The notes beneath the pieces are model-generated. The model had not been told where the DNA came from. It did no database searches and saw only the letters and a program-made list of their open reading frames with translations. From Vicugna vicugna (Eukaryota), in the NCBI GenBank assembly GCA_013265495.1, contig MU058844.1, forward strand, positions 502,941-566,940: a stretch of DNA of 64,000 nucleotides, in the 5' to 3' direction. Below, one piece after another: positions 50,788 to 63,450 of the stretch. Numbering within the stretch: position 1 is the first letter of the stretch; the number at the start of each line of letters is the position of its first letter. A program made the translations under genes and the position numbers.

Positions 50788-52199
50788 CAACCTTAACAAT
50801 GAATGCAACTAGAGCAAAATAACTGATGTCCAATCATGTGGCATCTAGAACCATCTCTCAGGCCACTTGTGTTTAAGTGCTGCTTTTTAGAAAATCACTG
50901 CAAAGATTCTCCAGTTTGCTCTCAGGTCACTGAGGTGTGTCTAAGGCAGCTTTCTGTTGACCTACAGTGTGTTGCTCAGTGCTTGGCACATAATAGATGC
51001 CCAGTAAGTAGAAGTTAAATGAGTGAATGAGTCAACTGACCCTTAGTGTCCCTCATGAATACTTCTAACTGCCACAGGGAGGTAAACTGTTGTTGACTGC
51101 AGGAAAGGGGGGCTTTAAGAAAGGGAGAGTACATTTTTGGAGAATTTGTTTTATGTTAGATGGGCTGATTATCTTACCATTGGTATTTATGAGCTATTTA
51201 TGAGCTTCGAACTTTGGAAATGAGATTGCCTTCTAAGAGAACTAAATTGTGAAACAAACATAAAAGGGATCAGATTACACATATAGACAAATTACCTGAA
51301 AGGATGCAATGGCTTCTAGGCCCTACAGACTTGACTGTAACAGGGTTACAGTTATTCACAGAACTGAAGAAAGAATAAGTCCTTCAGAAATGGGTTGATT
51401 GGTCTCAGAGGAAGTGTAAATTATGTCTGGAAGGGGCTATCTGCTGAGCAAAGGACTGAACCCATCTGGCCCCAGTACGAACTCTTCAGTTCTGATTACT
51501 CTGGAGAGGGCTAGATCTGCCTTCTGTCTGGTTTTATATTTATACTAAACAGCCTTCTAATTATAATCTGGTTTCCCACGCAGATTTGTCCACAGGGAGT
51601 GAGTACTGCCATCAACTAATCTAGTCTCAGCCTGCTTGGTGTGCTTTATCTCTTTGTAATTGATTGTTCAACGTTCTGGTTTTGTACATGGGTCTTGGTC
51701 ATGAGCTTGGCTAAGGGGAGTCTGTCCCTAAGAGATGACTTTGTTCTCTGCTCAGTGTTAAGTTTTGAGATGCCCAGCTGGTGGGCTAGAACCTGGAGTG
51801 TCAGAAATTCACCCTGCAAGTGCCCTGCTGTGGGGACCAGTTTGGGTTTCCCATTTTACAAATCAGTGAACTGATTGTTATTGAAAAGGTGCTTTAATAT
51901 AAAGGTTATTGTAGAATGTAGGTGTTCATTCAATCTGCATAATTTATTGATGTGCTCTGGGTTTAAGACCAGGGATGACAGCTATTTGAATGTTTTATGC
52001 TAGAAATCTGCACTTGGAACTCTTTAGGTTCAGTTTAGGCAAATCATAATTTTGAATTGCAAAAGGAGAGTTGTTTTCACAGTGACCTCTTTGTTTATTG
52101 TAGAATGAGAAATAACTGTTATGTATGAAATGTTTACAAAGGGCCAGATGTTGTAGGTTCATCTGTTAGATGTTAATTGCCACATTTTTAGCAGACTTT

Positions 52200-52510
52200 C
52201 GGTGTCTCAGTTTCCTATGAGTAAAATGGGAATACAAATAGCAAACACTGATTATCTACTTTGTGCCAAACAAACACTGTGCTATATGCTTAATCTTAGA
52301 ATTAGCTCGGTAATTTTCATACGCCACATCGAAGGGCGATGCCATTGTATGATGATTAAACAGAAGAGGAACTTGCCCAGCTAATAAATGGGAGAGAGAG
52401 TGTTTGAAACCAAACCATGTGGCTCCAAAGCCCATCCTTCCAAACACTTCACTACCTCATAGAATTAAGTGTTGGCTCACTTTTAGCCTCAGTAACTGTT
52501 AGCTATTATT
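52200..52510. mobile_element. Nested MIR fragments
   Basis: 'gtctcagtttcctatgagtaaaatggg' followed by minus-strand 'aacttgcccagc...tttgaaaccaaaccatgtggctccaaagccc'. Confidence 0.65.
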
Positions 52511-54619
52511 ATTGTCAATTTGTTTTCGTTGCCCAGTTTCTGGCCTAGGAGGAAAAAAACAGAGATTGAAACCTTCTATATCCAAGCCCCCCACCCTTTT
52601 CCATTATCCTTTGCTGCTGTGCATATTCCCCCAGGGAGAACCAAAGTCAAAAAACCTCTTTGGCTTAAATTACTCAACTTGAAACTGCCAGCATAACAAA
52701 ATCATATGTTTTGAAACTTAGCATTCTTTCTTGATGATTCTACCTTACTTCTATTATTCTGAGTCTTTCCTCTTTATTCCCTGCACACTCCTGGAATTGC
52801 TTTACTGCTTTTAAGCATATGAAAAGCCACCTGTCCCTAGTCTGTAGGGACTGCATATTTTGAATCTTGTGATAACTTTGCCCAAATCTTGAGGACATTT
52901 ACACATAGTACTTTTATTGCTGATACCTAAGAAAGTGGAAAAGTTAAATCTGAGAGGAAAGGCAAGTTTTTTTTAAATAAGACTGTTTACAGTCCTGGGA
53001 ATCATATTCACTGTTAGTTGAAACTTGAAGGTTATAAGATCAGGGGAGATGCTTTTTTATTATTTCCTTGCTCCATAGCCAAAGAGAGGAATAAGATTCT
53101 TCAGCTTATAGCTGACACTTAGGATGGTTTGTATCTATAATAACAAGCCAGGCACAGAATTAAATTTCCTCCAAAGGAATTATTGTCCTGAACTTTTTAA
53201 AGAGCAAACCATTTTTCATGGAAAATAGGATTAGGACTTAAAACCAGGTTGAAAACCAGCTTCCAATTTTGTTGACCAAATATGTGAGGGCTTTCTGTGG
53301 ATAATGCAAAATGATTTTCAGAGCATCGGTAATATTGAAAGTATACTCAACTGGAAACCTGCTTATCAATAATGATAATTTTTTTTTCTTTTTTGTCATC
53401 AGTTAATCGGTTGATCATTTAGAAACATTAGCAGCTATTCGGCTTGTTTCAGTCTTGGTACCTAAAAAGTATCATTCTTTTTCATAGAAGTTTTACATTT
53501 TCCAGGAAAAGTGAATTATTTTGACATGAAGTGAATTATGTTGACATTAATGAGGCATTTCTGTAGAATATTATTTTCATTGTGTATATGAGGGTCACTT
53601 GAATTTTTCTGGCATTTTTGGGTGGGTTCTTAGGGGTTTCTAACAGATCAGAATAAGTAACCTTGGCTTTGCTATGGACTTGAGTATTTAGAAATTCACT
53701 GTTAAAAATCACTAATGAGAGTGAAAAATGCAATGAGAAATTCTATCCTAAGGAGTATGGCTAGAAAGAGCAGTCAGTAGTTTTAGACAATAAAGCTCAT
53801 TTCCCTCTTCCCTCTGCTAATTGCTTTTGGTTTTTCATATTTAAAAACGCTATCAGTGTATCTGCTTCCCTTCTAAAATAATGACAATACTTCAGTGTGT
53901 AGAATAATGGAGAATTTTAACACCTAAACACAATGAAGGAAACACCCCCTTTGCCCTTGGCCAACAAATGCTCTGTGGCTTCCTTTATTTACTTTCAGTG
54001 GATCATTCCAGTCTCTACATTCCAAAGCAAACATGAGTTTGAGAATGAGAGCCAGGCTGGACATATCAGGCAATGGTTTAAAACTTTCCATGGCCCTAGA
54101 GCCCTTTAGAAAAGCTTCGTTTATTTATTTAAAAATCTCATAGGAGGAACTGTTATCACAGATTCATGATAAAAGAATGGAAAGATCTATGAATTGTGAT
54201 TCAGGTGTGTGTTTATTGGAAGAGGAAAGAGTGTGGGCTTGGGATGTGGGTTGAAGTCCCAGTGACATCACTCATTAGCTGTGTGAACCTGGGCAAACAA
54301 CTTAGTCTGTCTGGACCTTGATTCTCATCTGTTAAATATTTGCACTGCACAGTTCTAAAATGTGAAACTTAAATCAACTAATGAATATAAAAAGCCAGAA
54401 CGGTGCCAGGCACTTGTATAAATTATACATTGGAATGGTGTTTGAGTGTTCTGTAATACCTTTGTAGGATGACAGAAGGGTGTTGTGTTGAGATGTGGGT
54501 GACACCCTCCACTGGAATCAGATTGTTTAAAGTCTTTCATTTCTGAAAACTGGTCCCAACAAAGAAAACACAATGTATAAATGATAGATCGTGCTTTGAT
54601 ATTTCTGGCCAATACAGAG

Positions 54620-55230
54620 ACACAATTTTAACCTGAGATATTTTACATATAGGAAAATGCACAGATCTTAAGAAGACAATTCAGTGACTCTTGACAAATG
54701 ATTACATTCATGTGACCACTGCCAAATCAAGATATGGAACATTTCTCTCACCTGGGAAGTTCCTTTGTGTCCCTTTCTGATCAATATGTGCTCTTTGCAG
54801 AGGCAACCATTCTTCTGATCTCTAACACTACAAATTAGTTTTAGCTTTTACGAATTTTCTAGACATGGAATAATAAAGAATGCACTTTTTTGTTTCTGGA
54901 TTCTTTCATTTAAGGTGGTAATTTTGAGGTGTGTTCATGTTGTATACAGCAGTAGTTTGCTCCTTTTTATTGCTAAGTACTATCCCATTGTATATCACAC
55001 TTTATTTTGTCCTTTAAGAGAAAGAACATTTGGGTCTGTCACTTCCAGTCTGGGTCTATTTTGAATAGATCTGCTATGAACATTCTTGTTCAAGTCTTTA
55101 TGATGACAATGTTTTCATTTTTCGTGGGTTAATATCAGTTTCCCACCAGCAACATCTGAGAGTTCTGGTTGCTCCACATTTTCACCATTTGATATTTTCA
55201 GCTTTTCTAATTTCAGTCATTCTGGAAATG
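54620..55230 (-). mobile_element. L1ME/L1MD-type 3' region
   Basis: 'aaaatgcacagatcttaag', 'aaatcaagatatggaacatttc', 'ctgctatgaacattcttgttcaagtctt', 'tcccaccagcaac'. Confidence 0.85.
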
Positions 55231-55279
55231 GAAATCTTTACTGCCCAATTTAGGTCAAATGATTTGCAGCAGTTATTTT

Positions 55280-55515
55280 GGTTTTTTTTTTTTAACACTT
55301 TTATTGTAGTATGGTCCCCTGTACAGTAAGACTGCACATATTTTAGATGTACAATTTGATGAATTTTGGTAGATGTTTACCCCCATGAAATCACCACCAC
55401 AATCAAGACAGCTAACATTTCCATCACTCCCCAAGAGGTGCAGTTTTCGAGTTCCCAATTTATCCCTTCCCACCCCCTGTACCCTATGGTAACTGTAAGT
55501 TTGTTCTCTGTGTCT
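55280..55515 (-). mobile_element. L1M 3'-end fragment
   Basis: 'ctgcacatattttagatgtacaatttgatgaatttt...catgaaatcaccaccacaatcaagacagctaacatttccatcac'. Confidence 0.8.
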
Positions 55516-55716
55516 TGCAGCAGTTGTTCTTAACCTGAGTGTCTTGACATAGTGTTGGTCCTGTATCAGTCATGAGGGAATCACGAAGAATTTATTAAAG
55601 GACAGTAGTAGTAATAGTTTAAGGAACCAAGCTTATAGATAGTTTTGTTTATACACTGAAGAGGATTCAAGGGCATCTCCAAAATAGCATGACTCTGAAT
55701 TACAGGCATCATTTTA

Positions 55717-55718
<2 letters not shown>

Positions 55719-55745
<27 letters not shown>
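55719..55745. repeat. (TA)n microsatellite
   Basis: Seen directly. Confidence 0.9.
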
Positions 55746-55753
<8 letters not shown>

Positions 55754-56304
55754 ATTTTCTGAAAGGGATAAAAGAGAAATACTTAATGCTACAGAAATTA
55801 CATGTTACAGGCTCTTAACTATGCCATACCAACTGAAAGTTCTAGATGCACTCTTAATACCTGTAGCAGTTATAAATTATTGTAAGACAGGATAAGAAAA
55901 TTGTAAAACATTTGCACAACCTAGTAAGGCAGTGAGTGTTCTGTATTCAGGTAGCTCTGTCTACCTGTCTGTTCATCCATCTATCTATTCATTCAGCAAG
56001 TATTTACCTAACACATGCCAGTTACTGGTGGGTTCTGGAAATACAAGAATAACAAAAGTGCAAGGAGTTTTCTAGTCTAGTGGGGCTCACTGACACAGAT
56101 GATTATGCAATGGTTGGCCAGAATCTAAACTGAAGAGATCAAGATTTCAAGTTCAGTGTTACGATTTGTATAGACATTACAAGGGAAACTAAGGATAAAC
56201 TAGTAACCCTATTTATTAATTTGTTCAACCACATTTGTTAAGTTCCCAATAGGTGCCGGGGACTTTGTTGGTCACTGAAGAACAAAAATGAGAAGATAAT
56301 TTCT

Positions 56305-56342
56305 GTCAGTAGTTTTGAAATGTTAGCATATACAAGACAAAA

Positions 56343-56374
<32 letters not shown>

Positions 56375-56495
56375 CCTGTTAAAAGTGTAGATTTCCTGAT
56401 TTAGTAGATTAGGGGTGGCCAGGAATCTGAAGTTCTATAAGAAGTTCTGGGAGATTTTGCTGTCCGTGATTTGTGGGTATCCCTTTGAAAAACAT
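56305..56495 (+). mobile_element. MER5-like MITE containing an A-tract/(GA)n expansion (56339-56374)
   Basis: 'cagtagttttgaaatgttagc...cctgttaaaagtgtagatt...ccaggaatctga...ctttgaaaaaca'. Confidence 0.55.
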
Positions 56496-56699
56496 CCTTC
56501 AGTTTATTAGAGAAGAAAGACATAAATAATTATATAACCATGTGAACGTGTAACACTGGAAATATGCACAAGGAAGGTAAATCCACTTCCACCCCCAGGA
56601 AAACAAAATCTGTCATTGTCATTGTGTATGTCTGGAGGTGAGTGAGTGACGTTAGTACTATGCTTATGTCGTTATCGTAAGCAAGTGATTGCTGCCCTG

Positions 56700-56825
56700 T
56701 TGAATTCAGACTCAAGATGTTAACATCAACTATTACCTGAAATTCCGACCTGCACCATGAATTTTGGACTTGCCAGCCCCCGTAACTGAGTGAGCCAATT
56801 CCTTAAAATAAATCTCTCTGTATAT
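56700..56825 (+). mobile_element. MLT2 LTR 3' fragment
   Basis: 'attttggacttgccagcccccgtaactgagtgagccaattccttaaaataaatctct'. Confidence 0.8.
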
Positions 56826-56844
56826 ATTAAACAACAAAAAAAAA

Positions 56845-57012
56845 GTCATTCCAGCAACACTGACTCTGCTTCTCTATGGCAACGGTTGGCTGGGGCTGAT
56901 CAGCAGCTGTTCCACTTCCGCAGAGTGTATGTGTTTCAGGTTCCTCAGCTGGTACAGTTGCTCGTGTATCTAATCTGCTTGACCTCTGTAGGCATTTGGG
57001 TTTCTGACCCCC
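56845..57012 (+). mobile_element. MER102-like 3' fragment
   Basis: 'atggcaacggttggctggggctgatcagcagctg...ctgtaggcatttgggtttctgacccc'. Confidence 0.7.
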
Positions 57013-58399
57013 TTCCATAGAGAGACATAAAGTTAAATGTTGTTGGTATTTAAGGGGGCAAGGCCAGTTAGGAGCTTCAGAGGTTCTGCATGGGAAAGAA
57101 TAGGGTGTCTACCTTCCACTCCCTACCTTCACCTTGCCTCTATGTATTTAAAACTAAAAACAATAGCAAGCCATACCAAAGTGCAGGCCAGGCCCATAAC
57201 AAAAGTTCAGGGTGTTTTTTTTTTCCTCCTCAAGGTGATGTCTTGGGTGCCTTTTGGGAAATAGTGAATTCTTTCCAAAGTAATTTTTTGGATGCTATTG
57301 CTTTGCTGGTGTTGAGCTATGGACTTGGGCTGTCTCTAGGGACACTGCGTTGCTTCCAACCTGCAGCATTTCCCTTTGCCCAGGTTTCCTGCACTTGTTC
57401 TGCTTCCCCAGTCTGGAGTGTAACCCCAACCCCAGCCTCCGTTATGGCAGCTGGGATAATTCCTGTCTCTTTGGAGCTCCTCTTTTCTCGGGTCCCAGAG
57501 CCTGTTCTGCCTGCTCCTCTGCAGCACTGGAGGCCAGGATTATGGCTGCAGAAATTAGTACAGGGGCCCTGGGCAGAGGGGGCCAGGGCTCTGATACTGT
57601 CCATTAGCTCAGGAGCTGAGATGGGTAGGTGTGCACTTGGAAGTTGGCAGTGACTCTGGTTGTGAGTGTCCCAAGAGGGGTTTGTTGGCTCATGCCTGAG
57701 GCTAGAGACTTTGCATCTATTATCTTATTGAATCTTCGTTATAATCCTCATTCTCCAGATGAGGAAGATGAGGAAGTGGCAGAGCCTGGTTTTGAAACCA
57801 GGTCTGTGTGACTGGTCTCAGTGGTTTGTTTGGGACAGTCTTGCCCCTTGGAGACTGAGTAAATTATAGGGAAAGCTGCATGTCTAGTAAGTAGGTTGTC
57901 CTTTCTAGCTTGGTCAGTGCAATGGCGTTAGGAACATGACTCCTTCGGACTGTGGTAAAAGGAAGGGAACATTTAAGGGCAACAGGTGAGATCTCTGGGC
58001 TCTTGTTTCCTGCTCTGTGCTTTGAATTCTACTATGAGAAGTATCATCAGATTAGGTCTCCCTTCAAAAGTTTTCATTTCAACCTGGATTCTTGTGGCAA
58101 GAAGCAAAAATAGACAATACACTTGTTCTTACTTCAACGTGAAATGACATTCATAAAACTGTAAGCTGCAAGAGAGCAGACTCCAAGACCCAGTCTGATC
58201 ATTGTTAGCATGTAAATCTGTTTGGGTACCTTTACTTGTCTGGAAGAATCCTCACTGAACTGATTTTCCAGTTGTGATGGATACCGGGCCCCAGATGAAG
58301 ACTTTCTGAGCAAAGGAAATAGAACAAAAGAGGTACACAAGTGGGTTGGGTGGTCCTATCCTAGGCTCACATTACAGAACCTCCTGTATATGGGCTGTG

Positions 58400-58800
58400 T
58401 GTTTACCTGTGTGTTCTCTCTGCACTGTGAGCTTCTCAAAGTCAGAGCTGCTGTCTCCTTAATCTCTATATTCCCTTCACCCAGCATGGCGCCTGGTATA
58501 TACTAGGTGGCCATGGATGATTGATGCACAAATGAATGCATGAATGGGGGGATGAGAAGCAGAGGACAAGTCTAGACTAGACAGTATTTAGGGGCCATCT
58601 AGAGATTCAGCCCTGGGGACAGTGGGCTCTGAAGTCAGACTCCTAGGGTTTCTATTCCGGCTGCACCTGCCCACACTGCATAACCTTGAACAAAGTGCTC
58701 CACCTTTCCTGTTTCTCATCTGTGGAATGTTGATAAGATGGGTTGTGATGGTATTTATCTTATAAAGATTATTATGGTGTTTAATAAGTTATAGTGTCCT
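58400..58800 (+). mobile_element. L2 3' tail followed by a MIR
   Basis: 'actgtgagcttctcaaagtcagag...cccagcatggcgcctgg...aatgaatgcatgaatg'; 'ggctctgaagtcagac...tttctcatctgtggaatg'. Confidence 0.7.
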
Positions 58801-58880
58801 GGGTTGGGCAGGGCATTGCACCCCTGATAGTCAATCTAGATTTTTAAATAAAAATATGAGGTGTGTACTGAACTAGATAT

Positions 58881-59918
58881 CTTTTTTCCTTCCAGTTTTA
58901 TTGAGATATAATTGACATACAACACTGTATAGGTTTAACGTGTGCAGCGTAATGACTTGGCTTATATACATCATGAAATTATTATCACAATAAGTTTAGT
59001 GAACATTCATCACCTCACATATTCAAAATAAAAGAAATGGAAAAAAAGTTTCTTTCCTTGTGTTGAGGAAAGAAAATTTATTCTCTTAACAACTTTCATA
59101 TATAACATTCAGCAGTATCAGTTATATTCCTCCCTACTTATTTATCTTATAACTGGAAGTTTGTACCTTTTGACTGCCTTCATCCAATCCCCCCTCCCAC
59201 CATTCCTTGCCTCTGGTAACCACAAATCTGATCTCTTTTTCTATGAGTTTGTTTGTTTTTTGAAGTATAATTGCTCTACAACACTATGTGAGTTGCTAGA
59301 ACACAGCATAGTGATTCAATATTTCTATACATTTCAAAAGGATCGCCATGGTAAGTCCAGTTACCGTCTGCCACCATTCAAAGATATTGCATAATTATTG
59401 GCTATATTCTCCTCTCTGTATGCTTCACCCCCATGACTCATTTATTTTACAGCTGGTAGTGTGTACCTCTAAATCTCCCTCACCTGTTTTACTCATTCTC
59501 TACCCCCTAACCCTCTGGCAACCGTATGTTTGTTCTCTGTATCTATGACTCCACTTTTGTTATGTTTGTCCATTTGTTTTGTTTTGTAGATTCCACATAT
59601 AAGTGAAACCTTACAGTAGTTTTCTCTCTCCATCTGACTTATTTCACTAAGCATAATACTTTCTAGGTCCATCCATGTTGTTGTAAATGGTAGAATTTTA
59701 TTCTTTTTTATAGCTGAGTAATATTCCATTGTGTGTGCGCACGCACGCACACACCTCACATCTTCTTAACCCACTCATGTATTAAATGGCACTCAGGCTG
59801 CTTCCTTGACTATTGTGAATGATTAAATTAATGTAGGGGTGCATATATCCTTTTGAATTAGTGTTTTTGCTTTTTTTGGAAAAATATCCAGAAGTGGAAC
59901 TGCTGGATCGTATGGTAT
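58881..59918 (-). mobile_element. L1 (L1MA9-like) 3' end
   Basis: 'ccagttttattgagatataattgacatac', 'tagattccacatataagtga', 'tgacttatttcactaagcataat'; ORF 59493-59759 'MEYYSAIKKNKILPFTTTWMDLESIMLSEISQ' is the L1 ORF2 C-terminus. Confidence 0.95.
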
Positions 59919-60783
59919 GAAAAGAAAGTTCAAGATATGTTAGAATATTGGGTTTGGGAAAGAGTTGAAAAGTAGCTAGAAGAGGCTAATAGTAGGAAGT
60001 AAATGGAATTCCAGTGGGATTGGCACAAAGGAAATGAGAGAATTGACAGATTAGGCATACTGTGTCCTAAGCTTATGAAATCCCCTACAATGGGCAATGG
60101 GAATTTTCCTTCAAATGGCTTAAGGGATTTTTGACTAGTATTGTTTATTTATTCCAGTTCTTTTGTTCTTAAGGAAAACAGATATCATCTTTAGTCTTTC
60201 AAGAAATTGGTTAACCAATAGGTAAGTTTTAATGCTATTTTAAGATTTTAAATTATTCTGAGTTTTGAGTCATTTTATTCCTTCCCCATGAACCTTTTGA
60301 CAGTGTATGAGAGGGGTAGGACTCTTCCAACTCCATCTTCTACATATTGCTTAATATTATATACTTTTTTGGCTTTTAGTCTATTTTTCTTTCAACTAGG
60401 CAGTACATTTACATAATTCAAGAATCAATATGATGTGAAAACCATGCCTTGAAAAATGTTCTCTCCCCAGCTCTGGCCCCTGCTCCCTGCTCCAACCTGG
60501 GGAACCACATTCATTAGTTCCATGTGGATCCTCCCAGTGTTTCTTAATGCAAGTTAAACAAATATGAATATAGTTTTTATAGTTTTCTCATTCTTATTCA
60601 AGCACCACAGTTTCTTTTCCAAGTTCTCTAGAGAAGAGCCCTTGAATTGCTTAAAATTTCTTGCTGTCACAAACAAGGCTTGTACATACACCAGCTTTAT
60701 GATTTCAGGTCTATCCATGAGGTATCCTACAGATAGCCCCAGAAATGAAATACTGGACCAAGAGTAGACATATTTGTAATTTT

Positions 60784-60912
60784 TTCTCTTTTTGTGGGGA
60801 GGGGAGGTAATTAGGTTTATTTATTTATTTATTTTTAATGGTGGTACTAGGGATACAACCCAGGACCTTGTGCATGCTAAGCACACATTTTTCCACTGAG
60901 CTATACCCTCCC
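60784..60912 (-). mobile_element. Camelid tRNA-derived SINE (vic-1 type), within an old L1 remnant
   Basis: 'ggggaggtaattaggtttattt...aacccaggaccttgtgcatgctaagc...cactgagctataccctccc'; flanking repeat tttgtaatttt on both sides. Confidence 0.9.
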
Positions 60913-61361
60913 TTATTTTTGTAATTTTGAAAGACACTGCCTCACTTACAGGTTGAGTCTGTCACACTTCTGCAAGCGGGTGTGAGCCTGCTTGTGTCCC
61001 CACCGCCTCCCAGCACAATATCTTGTCATACTTCTGCCTGAGAGGCGAAACATGTTTTCTCAGTGTAGCTTCAACTTATATTCCTCTTCTTGTGGTGGTG
61101 TTGGGTATGATCTTTCCATGAGATTAAGAGCCATTTGTAGTTCATTTATTTTGTCAGTCATGTGTTTATGTCCTTTACCTGTTTTTCTTTTACTTACAGA
61201 GTTTTGTTTGAGTTCTAGAATATCCCAGACATTCATTTATCAACTGTTTACTGATTCACTACTGTGCTCCAGGCTCTGCAAAGGCCCCGACTAGATACAG
61301 TTGAATAGAACACTGGCCTTGCCTTTCAGATACTCACAATCTAACGGAGTCATTATATTTA

Positions 61362-61400
<39 letters not shown>
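61362..61400. repeat. (CTAT/GATA)n tetranucleotide microsatellite
   Basis: About 10 units seen directly. Confidence 0.95.
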
Positions 61401-61697
61401 GATAGCGGTCACCAGGACAGCTCAGTCTGACACCAAAGTTTGCCCTCAACCACTAGGCTCTGTGACTTCCTAACATGTTTTGAAATACTACGAACACAGA
61501 AACAAAGCAGGAGAAATTAATCTTCTTTCAGTGACCAATAACGAATATAGAGAAGGTAGGTACTAGAGAGGATGGATCTAGAGTTTGAGATGGATACAAC
61601 TTTTGTTTTATGTGTGACCCTCGATGGATGCAAGTTATATCTGAACCTCAGATTTTCATCTGTAAGATGAGAATGTTCACAGATACCTTATAGTCTA

Positions 61698-61900
61698 TAG
61701 GATGCTTTGGGGTATATGACATAGAAAACTCCTATTCAGCTTACTTCAATAAAAAAAAGTTTATTATCTCACATATCAGGAAGTCCCAAGGAAGACCAGT
61801 TCCAGCCTTGGTTAGTTCAGTGGCTCAAAAATGTTATCAAGAACCCATCAATTTTTCTTCTTTCTGCTCTGCCATATTAGGTGTGACACATTTTGTCCTT
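61698..61900 (-). mobile_element. Old MaLR LTR (MLT1J/K-like) fragment
   Basis: 'aggatgctttgg...agaaaactc...tttattatctcacata...ggaagtcc...ttggttagttcagtggctcaa...ttctgctctgccat'. Confidence 0.65.
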
Positions 61901-61902
61901 AG

Positions 61903-61951
<49 letters not shown>
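61903..61951. repeat. (ATCT/GATA)n tetranucleotide microsatellite
   Basis: About 12 units seen directly. Confidence 0.95.
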
Positions 61952-61952
<1 letters not shown>

Positions 61953-62702
61953 ATCTGTATGTAGATATGAATAGAAAGAAACACAAGAAAGTGCCCAAAC
62001 ATTATGACAAAGGGTGTGGAAGCTGTCATGGGCCCAGGGAGGTGGGCAAAAGCCCCAGTCAAGTTTTGATGGGCTAGAGGTCTGAGTGCCCACTTTCTAG
62101 CAAGATGGAGAGATGTCCAGGCTGAAGACAGCCAAAGGCTCCTAGTGTCTTGTCCCTTACTGCTGCTCTCTGGCCCTCCTCCCCAACCGCTTCCATGCCA
62201 GTCACTTTGGGAGTGCTAAATTTGTGTTCCCTGAGTGCAGTGACTGAAGAGGTGTCTGACAGAAGAGCCTGGTTGAGATGTGAGAAGTCTGGGTGGAGGT
62301 GCGGGGCTAGGTCATCATCACTGGGTGGACCGAAGCACACACTGCTCTTTCTCAATCACTCCTTCCCTGGCAGGGAATGTTGGAACCTTCATTGATACTT
62401 CTCGCTTTCAAGGAGCTGACCCATCAGACTTGGTTCCAATTCCCCTCTCTTTTTTCTCACCCTTTTACTTCAGTGAAACCCTTTATTTCACTATATTTAC
62501 CATCCATTTCTGTCGGTCTCTTTTGTGGACAGCATCCTTGATCCTTGCCCTATTCCCCACGCTAGTATACTGGAGATAATCTTTATATTATTGGTCTGGA
62601 AGTTCTCTTGCCTTCCTCCTCCCTCCCCTCAGACACACGCACACACACTCTCTCTCTCTCTTCCCTCGCCCCACCTCCTTCTCCAAACTCATAAAGACAG
62701 AT

Positions 62703-63160
62703 GTGTGTTAGTTTCTAGGGCTGCTATAACAAAGTATCACAAACTTGGTGGCTTAAAACAACAGAAATTTATTCTCTCACAATCTGGAGGCCAGAAATCC
62801 CAAATCAAGGTGTCAGGGTCATGTTCTCTCGAAGTTTCTAGAGGAGGATCCTTCTTTGCCTCTTCCTTGCTTCTCGTGGTTATTGGCAATTCTTGGCGTT
62901 CCTTGGCTTGTGGTATAATCACTCCAATTTCTGCCTCCCTCTTCACATGGCTGTCTTCTCTCTGTATGTGTCTGTATCCAAATTTCCCTCTTCTTAAGGA
63001 AGACTAGCCATTGGATTAGAGACCATCCTAATCCAATATGTCCTCATTTTAACTTGATTCCATCTGCAAAGACTCTCTTTCTAAAGATGGTCATGTTCAC
63101 AGGTATTGGGGATTAGGACTTCAACATATCCTTTTTGGGGACACAACTCAATGGATAATA
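62703..63160 (-). mobile_element. MaLR LTR, MLT1C-like
   Basis: 'tgtgttagtttctagggctgctataacaaagtatcacaaacttggtggcttaaaacaacagaaatttatt...ttaggacttcaacatatccttttt'. Confidence 0.92.
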
Positions 63161-63229
63161 GATGCCTTACAATTGTTTCTAGCTTGGCATTTTTCAAAGT
63201 ACCCTCACAATCCCTGCAGAAAGCAGTTT

Positions 63230-63450
63230 GTAATACCTGGTTAAGAATACACAATTTGGTGCAGATCTGAGTTTAAGTCCTGCCTCTGCCCCTTGGGATA
63301 TGACCTTGGACAACTGACATCAGCTCTCTAAGCTTCAGTTTCCATGTCTGTAAAATGAGGAAAGTAGTCTCACCTACTGTATGATTGTTACATAATGGAT
63401 GCTGAGCCCAGACCCTGACACATGGGCCTTACTCAGAAAACGTAGGTCTC
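63230..63450 (+). mobile_element. MIR SINE
   Basis: 'tgaccttggacaa...ctctaagcttcagtttccatgtctgtaaaatgagg'. Confidence 0.8.

Noticed and set aside
51334..51352. Short hairpin actgtaac-agg-gttacagt
   Set aside because: An 8-bp stem is expected by chance in 64 kb and is far too short for a pre-miRNA.
57090..57653. Longest ORF (187 aa) plus overlapping ORFs on both strands
   Set aside because: No recognisable domain; several frames are open because the region is locally GC-richer; no promoter or CpG-island context.
59493..59759. 88-aa ORF with a protein-like sequence
   Set aside because: It is the L1 ORF2 C-terminal remnant, not a host gene.
62525..63007. 160-aa ORF
   Set aside because: Mostly an antisense read-through of an MLT1C LTR plus a simple repeat.
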